A stretch of 40,371 bases of DNA from Candidatus Campbellbacteria bacterium RIFOXYC2_FULL_35_25 (lineage in GTDB: Bacteria > Patescibacteriota > Minisyncoccia > Phycocordibacterales > UBA12079): assembly GCA_001774495.1 (NCBI GenBank), contig MFAE01000002.1, positions 1-40,371 of the forward strand, given 5' to 3'. Below the pieces are notes generated by a model. The model saw only the letters and a list, made by a program, of their open reading frames with translations, did not search any database and had not been told where the DNA came from. Numbering within the stretch: the first letter of the stretch is position 1; each line of letters begins with the position of its first letter. The position numbers were made by a program, and so were the translations under genes. Of the stretch, positions 28,254 to 37,587 are shown one piece after another.

Positions 28254-29258
28254 ATGGTACAAAAAGTTCCTCCTAAAAATATAAAAGATATTGAGTTATC
28301 TCCTAAATCAATGACTATTGGCCTGTTGTCTTTGTTGGGTTTAGTCACTATATTTTTTAGTTTTTCTAGTTATATAAAATACAAAGAAAGAACAACTTTA
28401 AATAATGAGCAAGTCCAAACCTTACTTTCAAATTACGAAAAAAATCTTGAAGACCTTCAAAAAGAAGTTAATTCTTTAAGATTGGAAAGTGAGGGTGAGG
28501 TTTATGAAATAAAGAGAAAGTTAGCCGAAGAGGAAACTGTTAGAAAAGCGATTGAGCAAGAAAAACAATTTCAGGAAAAAATTTCTCAAGAAAAAATTAA
28601 TAATTTGGAAGCACGGCTTTCAGAAACCAGTTTGTCTCAGGACCTGACCTCTATAATAAAGCAATGGGAACCACTTATTGTTTATATAGCTTGTGACTCT
28701 AAATTAGCCAATTCTAATACTCACTATGATACTAGTGGTTCAGGCATAATGCTGAAATTCGAAGGAGAAGATGTAAAGGTTTTAACAAATAGGCATGTTT
28801 TACAAAGTCCCGATTCTTATAATTTAAGATTTTGTAGTATTGAGTTGCCCGATGGTAATTCAGAATATTCTGTTGGCATTGGAGATATTGAAGTCTCTGT
28901 TTCTGAGTATGATTGGGGAACTCTAAGTATAAAAAATCCTGATGTTTATACTTCGAAACTAACATCAACTTTGCCAAAATTTTGTGAGCAAAGGCCGTCT
29001 TTAGGAGACGAAATAGTCGTACTAGGCTTCCCTGGTATTGGGTCTACGGATAGCGTCACTGCTACCGACGGCATAATTGCAGGTTTTGATGGAAATTATT
29101 TTATAACTTCAGCAAAAGTAGACCAAGGCAATTCTGGCGGCGCTGCGATTTTAACAAAAAATAATTGTTTATTAGGGATTCCGACATTTGCTTCCTTGGG
29201 ACAAGTAGAGTCTCTGGCTAGAATTTTAGATATTTGGACTGTAATTGTTAAAAAATAA
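28254..29258 (+). CDS. Membrane-anchored trypsin-like (S1) serine protease with coiled-coil stalk
   Basis: N-terminal TM, coiled coil, LTNRHV, GFPG, GNSGG. Confidence 0.88.
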   Translation: MVQKVPPKNIKDIELSPKSMTIGLLSLLGLVTIFFSFSSYIKYKERTTLNNEQVQTLLSNYEKNLEDLQKEVNSLRLESEGEVYEIKRKLAEEETVRKAIEQEKQFQEKISQEKINNLEARLSETSLSQDLTSIIKQWEPLIVYIACDSKLANSNTHYDTSGSGIMLKFEGEDVKVLTNRHVLQSPDSYNLRFCSIELPDGNSEYSVGIGDIEVSVSEYDWGTLSIKNPDVYTSKLTSTLPKFCEQRPSLGDEIVVLGFPGIGSTDSVTATDGIIAGFDGNYFITSAKVDQGNSGGAAILTKNNCLLGIPTFASLGQVESLARILDIWTVIVKK

Positions 29259-29349
29259 GGCAAAAATTTGACTTGTATATATTTAAAATGTTATCTTCAC
29301 GTAAGAAGCTTAATTCAGTTCTTTTTAACTAAGGAGAAAGGAGGCCCTT

Positions 29350-30036
29350 ATGAAGATAAAAATTTTTTGTTCCGTGTCGTTTATTGTTTTTTTCTTATGG
29401 ACAGGAAACATTTGGGCCTTTGAAAAATTGGAAATTTCTAGAGGCGTAGAATGGAAAGCTTTCGTTCACAGCAATCTTGTTTTAGGAGAAACTGAAGCGA
29501 ACAAAAACCCCCGTTATTTTAATGGCATGCGGGTTAAGCCTAAGTCTGTTTCCGGGGCTTATGTTTACGGCACTCAGCTTGAGTGGAATAAGTCTGACTG
29601 GGAAATAAATTTTGATTTGAAAGGCAAGTTAGAGTTGGCTCTTAATAAGATTGGGAATTTAGAATTTTCGACACAAGTCAAAAGAGGAGGGGAGTTTGGT
29701 TATCTATCCGTTGATACACAATGGTCAGAAGATCTTTTTCGGGTAGGTTTTAATTTTGAGCAAAAAAATTCTAGAACAACTCTAAAAAATGTTTTTTATT
29801 ACGTAGACAATGGTGTTTTTGGAGGAAATTTGTTTGTCGGGTATCTCCCTTCAAAATGGGTAGAATTTCACGCCCAGATTAGTGGGGAGAAAAATGTTCA
29901 AGAGTCGTTTAAAGCAGTTTGGGTGAATGGTTTAACCTTTTCATTCCCTCGGCAGATGAGTCTTTCGTTCGATTATGAAATCCACGAAAATCAGGAGGCT
30001 GATGCAATACAGGTTTGCTGGAAGTTCCTTTTTTGA
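29350..30036 (+). CDS. Secreted beta-rich hypothetical protein
   Basis: Signal peptide, amphipathic strands, C-terminal Phe; AAGGAGG SD; terminator at about 30059-30100. Confidence 0.7.
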   Translation: MKIKIFCSVSFIVFFLWTGNIWAFEKLEISRGVEWKAFVHSNLVLGETEANKNPRYFNGMRVKPKSVSGAYVYGTQLEWNKSDWEINFDLKGKLELALNKIGNLEFSTQVKRGGEFGYLSVDTQWSEDLFRVGFNFEQKNSRTTLKNVFYYVDNGVFGGNLFVGYLPSKWVEFHAQISGEKNVQESFKAVWVNGLTFSFPRQMSLSFDYEIHENQEADAIQVCWKFLF

Positions 30037-30408
30037 TTATTCTTCTTAGATTTTTGGGAGGTCGGAAGTTCAGCTTATGGCTGAACCTCCGACCTTTTTT
30101 CTATATTTTGATAGCATATATTAATGAAAAGTTGCTAGTCGGGGGTATTTTCCTTAGGCTTGAAAAATGTATCCGAATTACTGAATGTTAAATGATAGGG
30201 AAATGACTAGACAAGAAAGGAGTTATGATGTGGACTATCTTGCTTAAGTAGTATATATCTAGCAAAGTTTAACAATTTTGATATAATATAGATTATTATT
30301 AACAAAAGTTTTTAGATAGCAGTTTTTAGTTTTTAGAGATAGTGAAAACTTTGCTTTACAAATTTTCACTTACTACTCGATATTAGATGTTTGCTACTTA
30401 TTTATATT

Positions 30409-30618
30409 ATGAACAATACAGTAAAATGGGTAATAGGAGTAATTGTTGTTGCAGCAATAGTTTGGTTTGGTTTCATGAACAAATCAGAAGTTAAAGAAGA
30501 AGCAATAACAGAAGACACAACAACAGAAGAGGTTATGGATGTTGAAGTGAATATAGACGTTGTAGATCCAGGAGTTTCTGCAGATACAGAAGTTCCTACT
30601 GAAGAAGTAGCTCAATAA
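30409..30618 (+). CDS. Small membrane-anchored acidic protein
   Basis: N-terminal TM plus Glu/Thr-rich tail; followed by a terminator at about 30635-30678. Confidence 0.7.
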   Translation: MNNTVKWVIGVIVVAAIVWFGFMNKSEVKEEAITEDTTTEEVMDVEVNIDVVDPGVSADTEVPTEEVAQ

Positions 30619-30775
30619 TAAATTTATTATTGATATAAAATAAAAAACTACCTGTACAGGTAGTTTTTTATTTTATATTGCTATCTTAGAATTTTTTATT
30701 ATATTTTGATATTATAATAGTATCCTATTTTAGGTACTTTCAGCTTTATAAATTTTTAACTTTTTACTAATTTTT

Positions 30776-31672
30776 ATGCCAGAGTTACCAGAGGTACAAA
30801 CAATCGTGAATGATTTGAATAAGAAAGTTGTTGACCAGCAAATCATTGATTTTTGGAGTGATTGGAAAAAGAATGTTCGTCCAAGTTTTTTGAAATTTAA
30901 AAAAAAAGTTTCCGGAGCAAAAATCTTGGGGGTGAGGAGAAGGGGGAAACATATTGTTATTGATTTAGGTAATAAAAACTCGATTATTATTCATTTAAAA
31001 ATGTCAGGACACCTCTTGTACAAGCCGACAGCTGACAGCTTACAGCTAACAGCTAGAAGAAATTTTGGCTCCGCCAAAATTTCTTCTAAAAATGATTATT
31101 TTGAAGAGAGGGTGAATCAATATGTGCACCATAAATTCAGTTTGAAAAGTGGAGCAACTTTGGAATTTTCAGATATGAGAAAGTTTGGGTGGCTGTGGGT
31201 TGTTGCGACTGATGAAGTGGAAAATATTAAAGAAATTAAAAAATTAGGAATTGATGCTATGAGTGAAAATTTTAGTTTAAAAATTTTAAAAGATATTTTG
31301 AAAAGAAAGGTAAAAAGTATTATAGGAATTGTTCTTTTAGATCAAGGATTAATTGCAGGAATTGGTAACATTTACCGAAGTGAAATTTTATTTGAGGCAG
31401 AGGTTAATCCAAAAAGAAAAATTTTAACACTAAAAGAAAAAGAGATTGAAAAAATTTTTAAGGCAATAAATTTAATATTAAAAAAAGCAGTAAGAATGAG
31501 GGGGACTTCTGATGTTGATTATCGTGATACAGAAGGGAAGCCTGGCAGTTTCCAAAATGTTTTGAGAGTATACGGGAGAGACGGAGAAAGGTGCTTGGGG
31601 TGTAGAGGTTTGGTAATAAGGGAAAAGCTTGGACAAAGAAGCATATTCTTTTGCCCAAAGTGTCAGAAATAA
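30776..31672 (+). CDS. mutM: Formamidopyrimidine-DNA glycosylase
   Basis: MPELPEV, HLKMSG, DMRKFG, GIGNIY..E, C-terminal Zn finger. Confidence 0.97.
   Translation: MPELPEVQTIVNDLNKKVVDQQIIDFWSDWKKNVRPSFLKFKKKVSGAKILGVRRRGKHIVIDLGNKNSIIIHLKMSGHLLYKPTADSLQLTARRNFGSAKISSKNDYFEERVNQYVHHKFSLKSGATLEFSDMRKFGWLWVVATDEVENIKEIKKLGIDAMSENFSLKILKDILKRKVKSIIGIVLLDQGLIAGIGNIYRSEILFEAEVNPKRKILTLKEKEIEKIFKAINLILKKAVRMRGTSDVDYRDTEGKPGSFQNVLRVYGRDGERCLGCRGLVIREKLGQRSIFFCPKCQK
31025..31088. repeat. Heptamer/hairpin element in frame inside mutM
   Basis: CCGACAG CTGACAG CTTACAG CTAACAG then TAGAAGAAATTTTGGC-TCC-GCCAAAATTTCTTCTA. Confidence 0.88.
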
Positions 31673-31704
31673 ATTACTTATAATATGTGTTAAAATTTGG
31701 TGAT

Positions 31705-32616
31705 ATGAAAAGTTTAAAAACCATTCGTTACGTTACAGAAAGCCACTATTTAATCATCGGCCTAGCTTTTATTGTCGGCCTATTATTTTCGGAGGGGATC
31801 CTGTGGGCTTCGGTTTATACGAAATTAATTCTGGCGACGATATTTTTTCTTAGCTCTATTAAAATTGATTTAAAAGAAGTTAAGGATTATTTAAACGATA
31901 AATTGTTGATTGCTTTTCTCTCTGTGGCATCTCTTTTTATATTACCTATCGTTGTTTATTATATAACTAATTTACTCTATCCCTCCCTTGCCGTGGCCTT
32001 CTTGATATTATCAGCGGTTCCTGTCGGCATGACGGCCCCTCTGCTTTCAGAAATTATTGGTGGTAAGTATGGTCTAACCTTGGTACTTACAGTGGTCACT
32101 TCTTTGTTGGCTCCTGTCACGTTACCTTTTATCCTTAACTTTTTAGCGGGGGCTTCCGTAAGTATTGATGCTCTTGGTATGTTCATTTTGTTAGCAAAAG
32201 TTATTTACGCTCCTTTTATTTTAGCCCAAATACTAAAGAGGTTTTGGCAGAAGAAAATAGACAAAATCTCTGTTTCTTTCAAGCCGTTATCTGTTTTGTT
32301 ACTAGGCGCTCTTATCGCTATTATCGTAGCAAAGCAATCCCACGTCATCATTGAGGGGTTTGACCTTCTTTATATAAGTTTATTATTTTTGTTTTTTCTT
32401 GTATTACATTTTGTTGGATACTTTATTGTTTTTTGGAAAAGTAAAAGTGAAAAAATTGCGGTCGCAATTTGTTTTACCTATATGAATTTTACCTTAGCGA
32501 TTGAGTTGGTAAATGAATTTTTTTCTGAGCCAGAGATTATTGTTCCAGTGGTACTTTCTATTGTCCCATGGACGATAATATTCATCCCTTTCAAACATAT
32601 TTCCCAAAAATTATAG
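31705..32616 (+). CDS. Bile acid:sodium symporter (BASS) family transporter
   Basis: About 9-10 TM, AVPVGMTAP, TSLLAPVTLP, MNFTLA. Confidence 0.85.
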   Translation: MKSLKTIRYVTESHYLIIGLAFIVGLLFSEGILWASVYTKLILATIFFLSSIKIDLKEVKDYLNDKLLIAFLSVASLFILPIVVYYITNLLYPSLAVAFLILSAVPVGMTAPLLSEIIGGKYGLTLVLTVVTSLLAPVTLPFILNFLAGASVSIDALGMFILLAKVIYAPFILAQILKRFWQKKIDKISVSFKPLSVLLLGALIAIIVAKQSHVIIEGFDLLYISLLFLFFLVLHFVGYFIVFWKSKSEKIAVAICFTYMNFTLAIELVNEFFSEPEIIVPVVLSIVPWTIIFIPFKHISQKL

Positions 32617-32654
32617 GGTGGTGATTTACCTCAATTTTTTGATATAATTAGTTT

Positions 32655-33242
32655 ATGAGTAAATATCAAGAAAAACAGTTTAATATGAATCTTCTTAGTG
32701 GGATATCAGAAAAACAAACAGAAGAACATTTAAAGCTTTATGCTGGCTATGTAAAACATGCCAATTTAATTCTAGAAAAAATAGAAGAGCTATCTGGTGA
32801 AGAGGGGGATAATTCTTACGTCATTTCTGAACTCAGAAGAAGGTTTAGTTTTGAGTTTAATGGCATGAGGATGCACGAATATTATTTTGAAAGTTTAGAA
32901 AAGGGTTCCAAAGGATTAAGTGATAGTAGTAAATTAGCGGAGTCAATTGGAAATCTAGATTCCTTTGTAGAAGAATTCAAACTTGTAGGGATGACTAGGG
33001 GAATAGGTTGGGTGGTAGCTTATTTTGACGAACCAAAGGACTCTATTCAAATAGCTTGGGTGGGGGACCACGAATTAGGACAATTAGGAGGGCTTCCAAT
33101 CATTTTAGTTATGGATATGTGGGAGCATGCTTTTATGGTTGATTATCTGCCAAGCGAAAAGAAGAAATACATTGAAGCTTTTTTTGATAACATTAATTGG
33201 GATGTCGTTGAAGAAAGATTTAATAAATTAAATATAAAATAA
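32655..33242 (+). CDS. Fe/Mn superoxide dismutase family protein
   Basis: EHLKLYAGYV, HEYYF, GIGW, DMWEHAF. Confidence 0.92.
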   Translation: MSKYQEKQFNMNLLSGISEKQTEEHLKLYAGYVKHANLILEKIEELSGEEGDNSYVISELRRRFSFEFNGMRMHEYYFESLEKGSKGLSDSSKLAESIGNLDSFVEEFKLVGMTRGIGWVVAYFDEPKDSIQIAWVGDHELGQLGGLPIILVMDMWEHAFMVDYLPSEKKKYIEAFFDNINWDVVEERFNKLNIK

Positions 33243-33243
33243 T

Positions 33244-33864
33244 ATGTCTAAAAAAAATAAAATTTTGTTAATCTTTGGTTTCATTCTTGTATTTTTTGGT
33301 TTATTTGTTTTGCGAGGGAATGAGGATGACTGGATTTGCCAAAATGGGGAATGGATAAAACACGGGAATCCTTCTGCAGAAATGCCAATTGGATTATGCC
33401 CAGGAGCTTTGATTGAAAGTTTTGAAGATTGTGTCAAAGCAGGAAATCCAGTAATGGAAAGTTATCCTAGACAATGTCGTAGTGGGGAAAATTTTTTTGT
33501 TGAGGGTATCGGCAATGAATTAGAAAAAATGGATTTGATTCGTTTGGATAACCCAAGACCTAATCAGGTGCTAAAAAGCCCTCTTGTAATTAGGGGTGAG
33601 GCTAGGGGGACTTGGTTTTTTGAAGCAGTTTTTCCTATTGTTTTAACTGATTGGGATGGAAGAATAATTGCCCAGAGCTATGCTACCGCCAAGGGTGATT
33701 GGATGACAGAAGATTTTGTTCAATTTGAGGGAATACTAGAATTTGAAAATCCAGAAAATATTGGTGATTTTTCTAGAAGAGGAGCATTGATATTACAAAA
33801 AGATAACCCTAGTGGTTTACCAGAGCACGATGATGCTTTAGAAATTTCTATTAGGTTTGAATAA
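33244..33864 (+). CDS. Membrane-anchored Gmad2 Ig-like domain protein
   Basis: SFEDCVKAGNPVMESYPRQC, GEARGTWFFEA.FP, KDNPSG. Confidence 0.8.
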   Translation: MSKKNKILLIFGFILVFFGLFVLRGNEDDWICQNGEWIKHGNPSAEMPIGLCPGALIESFEDCVKAGNPVMESYPRQCRSGENFFVEGIGNELEKMDLIRLDNPRPNQVLKSPLVIRGEARGTWFFEAVFPIVLTDWDGRIIAQSYATAKGDWMTEDFVQFEGILEFENPENIGDFSRRGALILQKDNPSGLPEHDDALEISIRFE

Positions 33865-33958
33865 CTCCAATTTTTGAAAAAAACATTCACGTATTCAACT
33901 TAATGCCTGGATGTTTTTTATTGGATATATTTGGGGTTTATGTTAACTTATATCTATT

Positions 33959-35755
33959 ATGGAAGAAGATAAAAAACAAATAATCTGGGACTTAACCTCT
34001 CTTTTAAGCGGAGATAATGACCCTAAAATAGAAGAAGAAAAAAAACTTATAGAGCAGGAAGCTTATGGGTTTATAAATAAATGGAAAGATAGAGATGATT
34101 ATCTTCAAGAGCCCTCCATACTTAAAGAAGCTTTAGACGAATCTGAAAAGATGTCCCGAAATTACGGTGACGTCGGTTTTTATTTTTGGTTACGAACATC
34201 ACAGGATCAAAATAATCCAGAATTGAAGGCTAAAGAAAACAAGTTACATGATTTTTATCAAAAAATAGCGAACGATATGCGATTTTTTGGAATGAGGGTG
34301 GCAAAAATTCCTGAGTCAGAGCAAGGTAAATTTTTAGAGTACGAAGGGTTGAATGAATACAAACATTATTTAGAAACATCTTTTACTGAAGCAAAATATT
34401 TATTGAGTGAGAAGGAAGAAAATATTTTGTCTCTTGAATCAAAAGCCGGTTTTTCAAATTGGGTGGATATGGTGGAAAGTTTTTTGTCGAAAGAGGAAGG
34501 GGAGATAATTTCTGAAAATAGTGAAAGAGAAATAAAACCTTTGGCAGAAATAATGAGCTTGTTGAGTAGCCAGAGCAAAGAAACGAGAGATTCGGCGAGT
34601 GAAGTACTAAATAAAATTCTTAAAAAACATTCTGATGTGGCAGAACATGAAATTAATTCCATACTGCACTCTAAAAAAGTTGATGACGATCTCCGGGGGA
34701 TTGAAAGGCCTGATTTAGAAAGGCACATTAGTGATGATATTGATAGTGAGGTAGTTGATGCCTTGATCGATTCTGTTTCAAGCCGTTTTGATACTGCTAA
34801 AAAATTCTATCAGTTAAAAGCAAAGTTGATGGGGGTAGATAAATTAAAGTACCACGAAAGAAATGTGCCTTATGGAAATATTGATAAGAAATATTCTTAT
34901 GAAGATGCTTCCAACTTAGTCTTGAAAGTATTTAAAAAATTAGATAAACAATTTTTTGATATTTATGACGGGTTTATAAAAAAAAGTCAGATAGACGTTT
35001 ATCCAAGAAAAAACAAAAGGGACGGGGCTTTTTGTGCCGGTAATTTAATTACTCAACCGACATATATTTTATTAAATCATGCGGATAAATTGCACGATGT
35101 TCTGACCATCGCTCACGAAGCGGGACATGGTATAAATAGTGAATTAATGAAGGAAAAACAAAATGCATTAAATTTTGGGACCCCTATGGCAACAGCCGAG
35201 GTCGCCAGTACTTTTATGGAAGATTTTGTTCTTGAGGATATTTTAGAGGGGGCAGACGATGAGTTGCGACTCGCAATAATGGTAGACAAGTTAAATGGTG
35301 ATATCTCTACTATATTTAGACAAATTGCTTGCTATCAATTTGAGCAGGAATTACACAAAGATTTTAGAGAAAAAGGTTATTTATCAAAAGAAGATATCGG
35401 TAAAATATTTCAAAAAAATATGTCTGCTTATATGGGCGATTTCGTTGAGCAGTCAGAAGGGTCAGAAAACTGGTGGATTTATTGGGGTCATATTAGAAGT
35501 TTCTTTTATGTTTATTCTTATGCTAGTGGTTTATTAATTTCAAAATCAATGCAAAATTCTGTGAAAGAAGACCCAAAGTTTATTGAGGAGGTAAAAGAAT
35601 TTTTGTCTGCAGGATTATCAGATTCTCCAAAAAATATTTTTAAAAAATTGGGTATCGATATTACAGATAAAAACTTTTGGAAAAAAGGATTGGATGAAGT
35701 TGACGCACTTTTAAATGAAACCGAAACTTTGGCTAAAAAATTGGGGAAGATCTAA
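33959..35755 (+). CDS. pepF: M3 family oligoendopeptidase F
   Basis: KRDGAFC, HEAGH, AEVASTF.E, FYVYSYA. Confidence 0.92.
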   Translation: MEEDKKQIIWDLTSLLSGDNDPKIEEEKKLIEQEAYGFINKWKDRDDYLQEPSILKEALDESEKMSRNYGDVGFYFWLRTSQDQNNPELKAKENKLHDFYQKIANDMRFFGMRVAKIPESEQGKFLEYEGLNEYKHYLETSFTEAKYLLSEKEENILSLESKAGFSNWVDMVESFLSKEEGEIISENSEREIKPLAEIMSLLSSQSKETRDSASEVLNKILKKHSDVAEHEINSILHSKKVDDDLRGIERPDLERHISDDIDSEVVDALIDSVSSRFDTAKKFYQLKAKLMGVDKLKYHERNVPYGNIDKKYSYEDASNLVLKVFKKLDKQFFDIYDGFIKKSQIDVYPRKNKRDGAFCAGNLITQPTYILLNHADKLHDVLTIAHEAGHGINSELMKEKQNALNFGTPMATAEVASTFMEDFVLEDILEGADDELRLAIMVDKLNGDISTIFRQIACYQFEQELHKDFREKGYLSKEDIGKIFQKNMSAYMGDFVEQSEGSENWWIYWGHIRSFFYVYSYASGLLISKSMQNSVKEDPKFIEEVKEFLSAGLSDSPKNIFKKLGIDITDKNFWKKGLDEVDALLNETETLAKKLGKI

Positions 35756-35855
35756 AAGAGTTAAGAACCCATAATTAATATCTCACAGTTTTTTAATTTT
35801 AAATCCCCAGAGCAAGCTCTGGGGATTTGGTACACCTATTCGGTTGCGGAGTTTT

Positions 35856-36185
35856 TTAATGCGGGCCAAATGATACATGAAGACCTGCATTCCTGGATCC
35901 TTGTGCCACGGCTAACTTTGTTTTCTGCGAGTCGTTAGAATATACAATAATTTCTTGAACAGTCGTATTGTCTCTAATAGATAACATAATATTGGAACCG
36001 ATATCCCCAATTTTGACCCTTTTTTGTCCATTAGCTGATTTTAACCCTGCTTTGATAAAACCAATCTGAATCTTTGTAACTTCTGAAAGTTCGTTGGCAA
36101 TATCCACCACAGTTCCTGCCGCGGGGATAACTGTGGTGTGGCTGTTACAATATTTACCCCCCGATCTAGTATTTTTTGTTGACAT
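35856..36185 (-). CDS. DUF2103-like small protein
   Basis: SHTTVI...KIQIGFIK...QEIIVY; SD upstream. Confidence 0.6.
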   Translation of the reverse strand: MSTKNTRSGGKYCNSHTTVIPAAGTVVDIANELSEVTKIQIGFIKAGLKSANGQKRVKIGDIGSNIMLSIRDNTTVQEIIVYSNDSQKTKLAVAQGSRNAGLHVSFGPH

Positions 36186-36389
36186 AATTTTTCTCCTTCC
36201 TTCTTTTCTATTTGAAAAAAATTATTTTTTTCTAAGTTTATTTAATACTATAATTGCTCCAATGTCAAACTCTACTGAGAAAACTTGGCTACATTTTATC
36301 TTTGTGATATTGTAACCAAAGAAAAAATTGTCTAGCATCGGTTACTATTGAAATATTAATAATAAAGACAATCAAGAGAGGGGAATGGA

Positions 36390-36800
36390 ATGAATATAAT
36401 TGTAAGAGCTTTTTTTATAGCAGTAACTTTCGTTGGGTGGGCGGTGATGAGTAAATACTGCAGACAAAATTTTGCTTGGTCAGCATCAATCGTTTTCTTC
36501 TTTACAGCCGTTCCTGTTCTTATTTTATCCCGAGCAACTTTGCTGAGTATCCCAGTGCCAGATATTAAATCATTTTTAATTTTGTCTGTTGCAGGTGCGT
36601 TGAATGGGTTTGGTGTTTATTTTTATTCTCAAACTCTTGAAAGAGCAGGAAACCAGAGCGGCGCTTTTATTGTTACAGTGTCTGTTGTTATGGTTATGGT
36701 TGCTCCACTACTAGCATATTTTGTTAATGGGGAAGTTATCAATCTTAAACAAACTGCTGGTTTGGTGTGTGCTATATCAGCGGTCTATTTATTAAGTTGA
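36390..36800 (+). CDS. Single-domain EamA/DMT-like membrane protein
   Basis: About 5 TM, LAYFVNGEVINLKQTAGL. Confidence 0.7.
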   Translation: MNIIVRAFFIAVTFVGWAVMSKYCRQNFAWSASIVFFFTAVPVLILSRATLLSIPVPDIKSFLILSVAGALNGFGVYFYSQTLERAGNQSGAFIVTVSVVMVMVAPLLAYFVNGEVINLKQTAGLVCAISAVYLLS

Positions 36801-36955
36801 TTGGTGGTTAATCCCCTAAAGTTTACAAGGCTCGCTTCCGTGAGGAATAAGCGAGCCTTTTTGTTTTTAAAAAAATAAATCCCCAGGGGTCGCTTACGCA
36901 ACCCTAGGGGATTTGTGTTTTCGGCCTTTACACTGGTTAAGTGCAAAGGCGGGAG

Positions 36956-37042
36956 TCAACCTCCTCCGCAGCCAGAGCAGCATTTTCCGCGACAGTGGGC
37001 AATCCGGGGGATGGTGAACCTTCTCATGTGCATTTTCCTCAC
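36956..37042 (-). CDS. 28-aa basic, Cys-rich peptide (not in ORF track)
   Basis: AAGGAGG then GTG start; MRKMHMRRFTIPRIAHCRGKCCSGCGGG*; TTGACA-N16-TATTAT upstream; hairpin at 36878-36914. Confidence 0.55.
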   Translation of the reverse strand: MRKMHMRRFTIPRIAHCRGKCCSGCGGG

Positions 37043-37188
37043 GGTAGTTCCTCCTTCGTTGGGGGTTGGTGAGAACAACTTTATAAGAATAATAGATGAA
37101 AGATTTTTTTTGTCAATGTTTTTCTGTTTAGTAAAAAATTATTTTGTAGGTTGAACTTTTTGGTTTTTTTGTTATATTTAAAAATAAT

Positions 37189-37587
37189 ATGGTTAAAAAA
37201 GAAATAAATTTTGATTCGAAGAAAATTAAACACCTTGAATTTATCCAAGATATTATTGAGAGAATGATAAAGAGCTCCTTTTTGTTTAAGGGGTGGTGTT
37301 TGACTGTTTTGTTCAGTTTGATCACTTTTTCTAACGGCTCTGCGCATCAGTCAAAAGGAGTTTTTTATGCGGTTATTCTTTCTTTTTTCCTTATTGATGT
37401 TTATTTTGCCTATAAAGAGGAATCATATATAAATTTGTATAATAAAGTTAGAACAAATGAGACCACTGATTTTAGTTTAAAAATCCAAAAGATGTCAAAG
37501 AAAGCCTTCACCGATTCCTTGACCGCTTTTCCAAATTATTTTTTCTATTTATTTTTGATGTTAATGGTTTATTTACTGCATCTTTAG
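37189..37587 (+). CDS. Membrane protein, HLEFIQxxIxRM...KGW family
   Basis: HLEFIQDIIERM, FLFKGW, D.YF..KE..Y..LY..VR. Confidence 0.7.
   Translation: MVKKEINFDSKKIKHLEFIQDIIERMIKSSFLFKGWCLTVLFSLITFSNGSAHQSKGVFYAVILSFFLIDVYFAYKEESYINLYNKVRTNETTDFSLKIQKMSKKAFTDSLTAFPNYFFYLFLMLMVYLLHL

Noticed and set aside
30131-30251. Imperfect hairpin followed by SD and an 8-codon ORF
   Set aside because: Pairing is weak and there is no clear promoter or terminator, so support is insufficient.
36905-36958. Selenocysteine or Gly readthrough of the peptide's TGA (a hairpin follows it)
   Set aside because: No Sec machinery is visible, conserved genes have no in-frame TGA, and TGA ends other ORFs just before terminators, so code 11 fits.
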